Part shown: in pieces, positions 47,211-57,129 of the stretch | Layout of the letters: every line of letters begins with the position of its first letter | Numbering within the stretch: the first letter of the stretch is position 1 | Assembly (NCBI GenBank): GCA_013239625.1 | Contig: MU054391.1 | Location: 6,097,824 to 6,157,823, forward strand | Source: Lama guanicoe | Taxonomy: Eukaryota | Reading direction: 5' to 3' | DNA length: 60,000 nucleotides | Notes under the pieces: generated by a model | Told to the model about the DNA's origin: nothing | Databases searched by the model: none | The model's input: the letters and a program-made list of their open reading frames with translations, nothing else | Position numbers and translations under genes: made by a program

Positions 47211-47344
47211 TTTTTTTTTAATTTTTTATTGAAGTGTAGTTGATTTACAATGTTAGTTTCAGGGATATAGCAAAGTGATTCGGTTACACACACATATACA
47301 TATATATATTTTCTTTTCAGATTCTTTTCCATTATGTGTTATGG
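47211..47344 (-). mobile_element. Short artiodactyl-type LINE-1 3' end
   Basis: Poly-T, then TTTATTGAAGTGTAGTTGATTTACAATGTTAGTTTCAGG...TTTTCAGATTCTTTTCCATTAT. Flanked on both sides by AAGTCAGTT (TSD). Confidence 0.88.
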
Positions 47345-47529
47345 GAAGTCAGTTATTAGAACCCAAGGAGGGAGCAGTGGCTCCCAGACTTTAGGATTCT
47401 GTGAACTGGTTTGAAAAAATTTTTTTTTTAAGTTAAGGTCAAGATAGGATTGCTCACTTTAAATTTTGTCAAATAAGGACATAAAACATTTCATCTACTA
47501 TTACTATTCTTTTATAATAGAAGGGGCAT

Positions 47530-47932
47530 TTTATTTTATTATTATTTAAATTGAAATACAGTTGATTTACAATATTGTGTTAGTTCCAGGTGTACAGCAA
47601 AGTGCTTCAGTTATGTACATCCAACCATACGTACATATATGTGTATATATTATATATATTCTTCAGACTCTTTCCCAGTGTAGGTTACTACAAGATACTG
47701 AACGTAGTTCCCTGCGCTCTACAGTAAGTCTTGTTGTTATCTGTTTTGCATGTAGCGGTGTGTGTCTGTTAATCCCGTCCTCCTAGTTTATCCCTCCCTG
47801 CCCTTCCCCTTTGGTGACCATCAGTTTGCTTTTTATGTCTGAGAGTCTTTTTCTGTTTTGTAAATCGGTTCATTTGTATCATCTTTTAGATTCCACATGT
47901 AAGTGAAATCATAGGATGTTTGCCTCTGACTT
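47530..47932 (-). mobile_element. Artiodactyl-type LINE-1 3' end
   Basis: ATTGAAATACAGTTGATTTACAATATTGTGTTAGTTCCAGGTGTACAGCAAAGTG...TTTTAGATTCCACATGTAAGTGA. Approximate TSD GGGGCATTTTA / GGAGCATTTTA. Confidence 0.9.
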
Positions 47933-48375
47933 CGGAGGGAGCATTTTAATAGGAACACTTAAAAGGAAAAACGTAGTCTTGAAGAGAAGACAGTCCCCTG
48001 AGTGGACCTCTTCGACTGCAGAGAACCCCGGGCACTGTCCTTATTCTTGTCTTTGCCAGCATAGGCATGTGGGGACCCTGGTGCGGGGACCCTGGGCAGG
48101 CAGCGGTCTAGAGAAGGCGGGATTGAGATGGTCAGCCTTCCAAGTAGGCCCAGATTCTGGGATGTTTTCTTTTAATTAACTTTTTCTTGTAGAAAATTTC
48201 AAACATACAAATGCAGCAGGAAGGGTAAAACGAATTGTTGAAGTTTAAAGGACGTCGGGGTACCTAGGATGTTTTGGGCCTGAAGGCAAAGACATGGATG
48301 GGTTCCATCACCTGCTGGACACTCAGGGTCAACACTCGCAGTTACCTACAGCTTCGCGATGAGACCACCGCCCTG

Positions 48376-48581
48376 GAACTACGGGCCAAATCCGGCCCCC
48401 TGCTTGTTTTTGCAAATAAAGCTTTATTGGAATAGGTACCTTCATTCGTCGTTTACACCATTGTCTTTGGCTGCTTTTGCTGGGCAGGCAGAGTTGGGGA
48501 GTTGGGACAGAGACCCTGTGGCTTGTGAAGCCCAGAGTATACACTCTCTGGCCCTTTACAGGAGAAGCTGTCTGACCCCCA
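48376..48581. mobile_element. MER58A-like hAT-Charlie MITE
   Basis: CGGGCCAAATCCGGCCCCCTGCTTGTTTTTGCAAATAAAGCTTTATTGGAA...GCAGAGTTG...CTGGCCCTTTACAG...TGACCCC. Confidence 0.85.
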
Positions 48582-49499
48582 GCCTGGAATGCAGGATGCT
48601 AGAACCCAGGTGGAAAGGGACTTTTTGAGAGAGTGTTGATTCTAAACGCCCCTCAATGCTTGGATCCTTTTTCTATAGTTTGGTGAAGTGATCCCTCATC
48701 TGCTCTGGGCTTGATTCCTCCAGCGATGGGGTGCTCACTCCACCAGTGGCAGCGTGTTCCAACCTTGCTCAGGTCTTTTGCTGACTCACTCCTCAGCTGC
48801 CTCTCCCTGAAGCTTCAACTCACAGATCTTTGTTTTTAGCCTCTTTGGGCCCAGAGGAAATCAGCTCCCTCTTCCCCAGGCACAGCCCTCACCCCCTCCC
48901 TCCTCCTTCGTTCCACAATGTCTGCTGAGGGCCTCTGCCCGTCAGGCCGTTCAGAGCCCTCTCGGGAGCCTCCTGGTGCCTTCGCTCTCCCCTGAGCTGT
49001 AAGTGCCACTTCACTCTGCGGCTCGCTTGAACAGAACCTCTCACCTCTTCTCAGAAACTCTGGGCTGAAGCCAGGGCCCACGCTGCCAAGTTAAGCCAGG
49101 TTCAGGGTCAGCCACCTTCCAAGTTCACTTGCCAGGGTGTCCCGGAGGCAGTCCTGTCCTTGTACGGAGGAGAGGACCGAGGCTCCCAGGGTCAGTGCAC
49201 AGCTGGAGGCCGAGGCGCCAGGACTCAGAGCCAGGTCTCTTGGCTACAGATCTTACATTCTTTCCACTGTCCCACACTGTCAAGGCAGGGACTGGGGTTC
49301 TCACTATTTAAAACTGCTTTTTGCTTCTTTCTGGGTTCTTGCCTAGGCTCCAGGGAAGGAAGATATAGTTGGGGGTTATTGTACAAGTGCCCCAGATTTT
49401 CCAAGAGACTGATCCTAAATATGCAGCACCATGGAGGTCCTAGTGTGAGAATTTGTGATGCAACCTTTGCTTTCAAACTGTTCCCCTCCTGACAGGTCC

Positions 49500-49755
49500 A
49501 AGCCCACTGAGTCTCCTTCATGTACCAGGTGCTGCATTAGGTGCAGGCTGGGGGAGACGAAGATGAGGAAGGCAGCATCCTTGTGCCCTGGGAGCTCACA
49601 GACTAGCGAAGGTCAGGAGGCAAAGCGGGCAGGTGCACCCTGCCTTCTGAAAGCCCCCAGGAGCAAAAGACAGGAGCTTCCTGGGGTGGGCGGTGGTGGC
49701 AAAGAGAGGGGACATTTGAACTGGGCTTTGACGGGTGCATAAGAGTTTTCCAGGA
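49500..49755 (-). mobile_element. Degraded LINE-2 fragment
   Basis: ACTGAGTCTCCTTCATGTACCAGGTGCTGCATTAGGTGC...TGCCCTGGGAGCTCACAGACTAG...GACATTTGAACTGGGCTTTGA. Confidence 0.6.
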
Positions 49756-50392
49756 CAGCCACACAATCAACTGATTACTAAAAATAAAATGAGGAGCAAC
49801 AGTGGTGTTTAGTCATGACCACTTTTCCTGGAGACTGTCTGTGTTAGTTTAATGCAGTGACACCCTAGAAATGGCTGGAAAATCACTAACTGTTTGACTG
49901 CCTTTGTTTGCTTTACTGCCCAGGGCTCAAGGAGATTGAGAAGGTAGTTTTACAAAGGCAGCAGAAGAGCAGACTCCACGTAGACATATACATTTTTTTC
50001 TAAACAGATAAAGAAAGACCTTATTAAGGTTTTTCTTGGATCCGTGTGGGGGGCCCACGAGGCATTGCTATGAGGAGCTCAGAAATTGGTACCTGTTTTC
50101 TCTTATTTGAAGATGGGGCCCCTGGCTGAGGTCTTGGGAAAGTGTGTTCTCTTCCCTGAGAACATTAGTCATGAAACAGTAATTTACCTCAGGACTTGGA
50201 CAGAGTAGGATGGTACTGATTTGTGTGCCTTTTGGCAAAACATACTTGTTCGTCACTGGCAAGAGAACCAGCCTGAAGGCATTCTGAGTGAAGCTTAAGT
50301 CTGTGGTCACCGATGAGGCCCTGCCCTGCTCCTATATGGGGGAGGGAGTTGATGGGGGTGGGTCCAGGGGGAGAGGCACCACACAGATCTGC

Positions 50393-50652
50393 AGAGAGAA
50401 GGAGGCAGGGAGGCCGAGGGGAGGGGAGAGGTGGAGGGAGAGGGAGACACAGACAGTGAGAGAAAGAGACACGCACACTGGGAGAAAGACACGGTTAGAG
50501 ACAGAGAAACTCAGAGAGGAGAGAGACACAGAGTCACGGTGGGCAGAGATGGAGAGAGAAGGAGAGAAAGAGATATGCACAGAGAGAGACATGCAGAGAC
50601 AAGGTGAGGAGAGAGACACACAGAGAGAGGGGGAGGTGAGGGAGGGGAGAGG
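50393..50652. repeat. GA-rich low-complexity (AGAG/ACAG) tract
   Basis: About 260 nt, strongly purine-biased on the + strand (GAGAGACACAGAGAG...). Confidence 0.9.
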
Positions 50653-53272
50653 CAGGTCGTTCACTGGTTCTCCCGCCCCCTGCCCTGGCCTTTCCCCTCC
50701 TTGGGAAGCACCAGTTGGTTTCTGAGACCGGCCCTGGGCTGGGGCCTCAAGACCCGGGCGGTTTGCTTTGCCAGCTGCGTTGGTGCCTCGTGCCTGTGAG
50801 GAGACCGTGCCCCCCGTGGGAAGAGTCTGGATGGGGACGCCCCCTCCACCACCTGCTGTCTGCTGCGACACTGAACCCCACGTGGGACTCCACGGGGCTT
50901 GGGAACGGAGGGGTTGGGCCAAGAAGATCTCAGCTCTGACCTGCTGGGTTCTGTGGGATCGGACCCCATTTCTTACATCACACGAGGTGAAGGGTACCCC
51001 TCTCCCTCTGCCACTACCAAGTCCTCATCCTGCCCGAACCCTGGGGCAGGCGCTGCGGGCAAGGACGCACGCTGGGCGCCCACTCGAAGCCACACGGCGG
51101 TCCCGTGCCAGCCGGCTGGTGGGAGGGTCAGAACCGGAGCTCCTCTGACACCCCCAGCCCTGGCCAGGCCCTAGTCCCTACTCGTCTGTGGTGTCTCCAC
51201 TCACTCATTCATTGGCTCTTCTGAGTCCAGCAATAACCCTGTGAGCCAGGCCTTTTACTGTCTCTGTTTTATACATAAATTGACGCCCAGCAGGGCTGGG
51301 TAACCTGCAGGATATGCAGCTCCCAAGCCCACGGTGGGGGACCCTTCTAGCCTGGGACTCTGGGCGGTGGCTTTGAATTAGGCCTCGAAGGGCAGGCGGA
51401 GGAGAAGCTTGAGGCAGGACAGGTCCGCCAGGCTGTGGTGGGTGGGGCCTGCTCTGTGCCAGGTGCCCAGATACGGGCGTCACACGCACTGTCCCCTTCG
51501 TCCTGCAGCCACTCAGAAAGGCTGAGTAACTGGGTAGGAGGGGAATCCAGGTCTGTCTGTCCCCACAGCAAGCCCGTGCCCCGTAGCCACGCCACCCTGG
51601 GGTTCGGCTGGCAGGAAGGAGCATCCCAGCATTGGTGGCACCAAATGAGTGGCTGATGTACTGAGACGCCCTCACTTTTATTCTCCAGGTGCCTCCCGTG
51701 GAGGCCTGGCCCTGCTCCCGGCCTCCCCCAGGCGTCAGCCCAGCCACCTCCCCAGGTCCAGCTCCCGCCCTGGGCTCCTGTGTGGTTCTCAGGCCCAGCC
51801 ACGTTTGGGGGCTCACACCTTCACTGGCTACCCATGCCCCAAATCCTGCTCATAAATCCTCATCTTTAAAGCTATTTAAATTAGTGATGCTCTCCGCCTG
51901 TGGGATGGAGCAGGCACTCCTACTATGAGCCCACACCATCCATTCAGGCAACTGCGTTCTTATATAAAAGGTCTGGGTGGCCGAGTGGGATGGAGGAGGA
52001 ATGGTGGTTCACACGAGACCAGGCAGCCCGGGGGCAGTGAGGAAGGTGAGGGGGAGAGAGAGCCGGGCAGGTGATGGCCACGTGACAGCCACGTGATGAA
52101 GTTCACATGCCCCGGCCTAGCCCAGGGTCAGTGTGCATACACCATCTCAGCTTTCCTTCTTTCCCACGCGAGCATTTTCCTTATTATTTTTCAGTGTTTC
52201 CTTATCTTCCTCCATCTACGCTGTGAGCTGTGTGCGGCCAGGCCCAAGTTTCACACCTTCTGTGGTGCTGGTGCAGGCAGAGGCGGCAGCAGGTGCCGAT
52301 GAACGACCCCAGGTGGATGCGGGAGGGAGCGGACCCTTGTGGGTCTGCCCTGACTGGCTTCGCACCATCGCTGGTGATGCCTCTGCCCCTTAGGAGCATA
52401 TTAGAAAGATCAGAAATGCCTCTTGCATCGTTATTAGATTACCCTAATTGAGCATAGAACCAGAATGCTCTTTCAGACATCACAACCTTCCTGCCCTCCC
52501 CACGAGCTGTTTGCAGAACAGTGTTATTTACTCCCGTTGTTTTCCCCACCTGCAGTTTAGAAAGGAAAATCAAGAAATCATGTTTCTCTTCCCCACACAG
52601 TCCCATCTCCAGCAGTAATAACAATGAAGCTGTCTTCCTGTTATGAAATCGCAGCAACTTCTTTAGGCAGAAAGAATGTTTTCTTACCAGGGAAGAAAAA
52701 GCATAAGGAATAGCAGGGTTCACGCCTTCCCAGGGGTACCCAGCCCCCCAGGGCTCTAGCTGTGACCTTGAGCTGTACCCCCTGCCCATCCCCTTCCCCC
52801 AAGCCTGCTGCTTTTCCCAAGCAGGAAAAGCAGAAATCTTCCTCCTGGTTCACAATGAGCTGCTGGCTAAACATGGCCCTTATTGTGATGACTCTGGTCC
52901 CACTCTGTAAACGGAGGACAGGTGTAATGTCAGGTTGTCAAGATAGCTGGGTCAAGCTCTACTTTTTTAATAGAAAGTCTGGGGAGGGAAATAAGAATAC
53001 ATCGGTAGTGTGACCGTCAGAAGAGCCTCTTCCTACTTCAGAAATTCCTGATGACTATGATAGTGGCCTTGTGGTGGGCAGAGGCGCAGGCAGGCCAGTG
53101 AGGGGCTGCCAGCGGCCCTCAAGACGGAGTTGAGCCTCAGAGGTGATCTGGGAGCCTCTGGCTTGTGCTTTTGCGGGCGTCCGTGGGGCTCCTTTTTACC
53201 TGGTTTCTCCCACATCTGTTTTCCTTTATAGTCCCTGCAAGTAGGAAATTGCAGGCCAGCAGTTAAGAAGCT

Positions 53273-53666
53273 GACACTATGATGTAAGTCAGAGAAAGAC
53301 AAATATCATATAATATCACTTGTATGTGCAATCTTAAAAAAAATGATACAAATGAACTTACTTACAAAACAGAAACAGACTCATAGACATAGAAAACAAA
53401 CTTACAGCTACCAAAGGGGAAGAGGGGTTAAGGAATAAATTAGGTGTCTGGGATTAACAGATACAAACTACTATATGTAAAAGAGATAAACAACAGGGAC
53501 CCATTTTACAGCACAGGCAACCATATTTAATATCTTGTAATAACCTATCATGGAAAAGAATCTGAAAAAAGAATGTATATATAATTGAATCACTTTGCTC
53601 TACAGCAGAAACTAACACAACATTGTAAATCAATTATACTTCAATTTAAAAAGTAATTAAAAAAAG
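53273..53666 (+). mobile_element. 5'-truncated artiodactyl-type LINE-1 3' end
   Basis: AAGTCAGAGAAAGACAAATATCATATAATATCACTT...ACAAAACAGAAACAGACTCATAGACATAGAAAACAAACTTA...ACATTGTAAATCAATTATACTTCAAT plus A tail. TSD AAGAAGCT (53265-53272 and 53667-53674). Confidence 0.93.
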
Positions 53667-55544
53667 AAGAAGCTTAAACGAGGTGCCATTGTTCCTAGAC
53701 TTACCCCTACTCCCTCCCCGCCCTCAAGGCCTGTGTGACGGCGCTGAGGTCAGAGAGTTGGCTCTGAGAGCCCATCTCCTACCCCTCTGCCTGAAGGGAC
53801 CCCTGAGCCACGGCGAGTGAGGCCTCCGTCTCTCAGGCTCTCTCTGCAGGTGGAGCCTTCGAGCTAGAGCCCTGGTCCTCGAAGGCAAAGTAGGCATGTC
53901 TCTGAACCATAAACACGCCTGCTTTCCAGGCCTGCTGGGTGGTAGGTGGTTGGGGGCCTCACCCTCCAAACCCAGATAAACCACAGCCCCCGCCTCCCTC
54001 CCTCCCGGGATCCTGACTTTAGTCACATCATGGTCCTGATGGGCGGCTGCAGTCAGGCCGGCTCCTCTCCATCCTGAGTCAGTGCCGCCTTAGCAGAGTC
54101 CAGTGCTCCCAGCAGTGGTGGACTTTTATTTCCATGTTCAGAAACGTGTTAACACACCCGGGGAAACCCCTTTCAAAGAAGGCTAGTTACCCTTTCTTCC
54201 CATAGCTCGTGAGACCCTGAATTTGCTTTTTACGTCCTTCTGCATCACCGTCGAGTTTGGCCTGAGGGCTGAACAGCACCATCACTCACTGGGTCTTTGT
54301 TCAGTCATCCATTCCTCAGCTGACGTGCCACCCGATCTCCTGTTGGGGGTGTTGGTCACTAGTCTCATGAGGGCAGTAAGACCCCCAAGAGCACATTGAT
54401 GAAGTCGCGGCCTGAACGGGTGTGGGGGTTGCCGACTCCCCTCTGGGTACGGGGTGCCAGGGAGGCGTGCCTGGTAGGGGACTGCCAGAGAGGAGAGCGC
54501 TGGGCGGGGCAGGGCGGGGCCAGGGCTATTCCAGGTACACCCAGCCTCCTCCAGGAGCCTGAGAAGTTCCATAGGCTCCCGGGAAGGGTGAGCTGAGGGT
54601 TTGGAGACTATGTGACCTTCCTGTTCTATGCAAAATGGAAAGCAAAACCAAAAAATAAAGACAAATCTTATCAAGGTTCCCTTTGGAAAACAAGTCCCAT
54701 GTGACAGGAAACCAGCCGTCTTCGCAGTCTGAGGGCTGGGCCCTGTGCGCGGCCCAGAGCAGTTCATCGGTCCAGAAGGGTTTGTTGGGAGCCTCGCCTC
54801 TCCCCTCGGTGTCCCTCCTCTTCTCCCTCCCACCACCTCTCTCCTTTCATCACTTAGCCAACAGCCTTCTGTTGGGAGGTCTCTCCTGGACCCTGTGTGT
54901 GCTGGTCATCTGTAAGGTGCTGGGACTGTGTAGGGACGAGATGGCCAGACGTGGGCCCTGCTCTCACAGAGCCCACAGCCCTGCCCTTTTGCTGGGGGCC
55001 TCTATTTCTATAAATATTAGATCGGATTGGGTGAGGCAAACCTGGAAACCCCGGCGTGTGTTTGGCCCCCCCCCAAGGCAACAGACGGTGGTCCCAGGCT
55101 CCCAGGCGGGGTCGCCCGGCTCAGTGAGTGGTCTTCAGGGGTGGGTGGCTGGGTAGATCAGAGAGCGAACAGGCTGGTTTCACTTCTGTCCATCATCTAA
55201 TGGGGAAAGTGTACAACATAACTCACATTTTGCTCTGTCTCTGAAATCTGAATCCGTTACCCTAATTGTCTTCAAATTATGGGAAGAGAGAACGCCAACA
55301 AAGGATCCTGGCCTGCCCCGGCTGTCTGGGTCTTATGGCTCTCTCCTCATTGGTTTTGTGAAACCAGTTGTGTCTGGGGACTTGAGATGGTCAATTCATC
55401 AATTACTTAGCAGCTGATTTCCTAAGCTGTGTACGTAATGCTTAGCATTATGCTGACAGCCCTCCCTATGTTATAAACGTCGCTCTATTACATCGGAAGG
55501 TTAGCATCTCTTATGGCAACTGTTTTCTTTTGATATCACATTAA

Positions 55545-55760
55545 TCACATTTCCATAGCTCTTGAAAGCTTGCCAAGTGCTTTCATGTACATCAGCTAAT
55601 TTGATTCTCACAATATCCCTGCGAACTGGGGTTATCATCGCTCTTTCATAATGAGGAAACGGAGACTCAGAGAGGTTAAGTGATGTGCCCAAGGCCGCAC
55701 AGCGGATGTGAAGTCCAGCAGGGCTCAGTGCTGGATCAGCTTGACTCTGCTATCCCTGAA
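55545..55760 (-). mobile_element. MIR SINE
   Basis: TTTGATTCTCACAATATCCCT...ATGAGGAAACGGAGACTCAGAGAGGTTAAGTGATGTGCCCAAGGCCGCACAGC. Confidence 0.85.
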
Positions 55761-56281
55761 TTTGGGTTGCTCAACTAGCCAGTCTCTATTGAGCACTTTC
55801 CGTATGCAGCACTATGGGGGAGGGAGTAGTAAGAACTTGAGTGGTAGCATTGGTAGGGGGAGGGTGGCAGCCACAGGCTGGGGAGGCCTCAGGGAAGCAA
55901 GAAGAGCCCGCGGCAGGTGTGTGGGCAGCACTTGACCGTCAGGGGGGGATGGCACCTGTGGGAGGGTGGTGTAACCGCAGACAGAACTTCCACTGCCTCT
56001 GGGTCCTGCTCCCCTGAGAGATCAGGCTGGAGTTTTCGGGGGGTTGTTTCTGCGGAGAGCCATCTGGGGAGCACAGAAAGAACAGAGAAGGAACATTTCT
56101 CTTCGTCCCTCTACCTTCTCATTTAGATTTCTCCAGGAAGGAAAGGTGAGCCGTGGGGATGAAAGGAGGCCGAGGCCATCACAATGTGCTATTGTGAGGC
56201 TCTGCCAGTTAGCAGCCTGGCGGGGGTACAGAGCAGTCCCTGTGTTTATCTGCAGACTCGGGATCCCATTTCTGCTGCTGT

Positions 56282-56304
56282 GGGGGTGGGGGTGGGGGTG
56301 GGGG
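56282..56304 (+). repeat. (GGGGGT)4 G-tract repeat, canonical G-quadruplex motif
   Basis: GGGGGTGGGGGTGGGGGTGGGGG: four G5 runs with 1-nt loops. Confidence 0.85.
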
Positions 56305-56944
56305 CAGGCCCTGAGGCTGCCCAGAATGCATGCTTGTTTATGGGAGCACATACGTGCCACCTGTCCTGGCCTTTCCCCGGCCCTAACGCTGAAGGGGGAC
56401 TCTGTCCACACTTGTGGTCCTCTGTCAGATAGAAGTGCCCATAAAGGGACTGCTTTGAATGGTGGCTTTAGCCCGACCATCCCCTGTATTAGAAAATGAG
56501 ATCAGGCAATTCCAGAGCAGAGAAGGATCTTAGAGGACAGCATGGCTGGGGGAATCTCCAGCCCAGAGAGGGAAGGTGGTTTTCTCAGAGCCACACAGCC
56601 TTGCAGCACCATTTCTCACTCTAGCCCAAGCTGTCTCTCTCTTTTTTCTAAGTGGACTTGAAGATGAGAGGGTTTTTTTTCCCCCAAACAAATACAGTAA
56701 AGAGCAGAGCAGCAGAGTAGCCATTCTTCTAAGGTCACTGTGACCCCACGACAGGGAGGGAGACTATTTCTGGCTCTGAGAGCCAGCACTGGGAAGTGAG
56801 CAGCATGCCCTCCAGTGTGGCTGGCTGGAGGCTCACCCTCCATCACCTCCGATTCCGCTGCCCCCAGACTTGGATGTGTCAGCGCGTGCTCACTGCCATG
56901 ACCTCCCTGTGTGGGATTTCAGTTCTATGAGAGGTGCCGGTGTG

Positions 56945-57129
56945 TTGCTGTGTTTCTGGAAGGCGTGACCCACCCTCCCTCAGAACCACCAGTGAACTGG
57001 CAGGCTGAGGTGAGACTCGTGGGTCCTCCCAGATCCACTGATCAGAATCTCCAGGGCAGGGCCAGGAATTGCATTTTAAACCAGCTCCATAAAGGGTGCC
57101 CAGGTTGGCCAAAGTGTGAGACCCCCTGG
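56945..57129. mobile_element. MER5-like hAT-Charlie MITE, degraded
   Basis: CCCAGATCCACTGATCAGAATCTCCAGGGCAGGGCCAGGAATTGCATTTTAAACCAGCTCC...CAAAGTGTGAGACCCCCTG. Confidence 0.65.

Noticed and set aside
50288..50922. Glu/Arg-rich and Ser/Leu-rich ORFs
   Set aside because: Translations of the GA-rich low-complexity tract.
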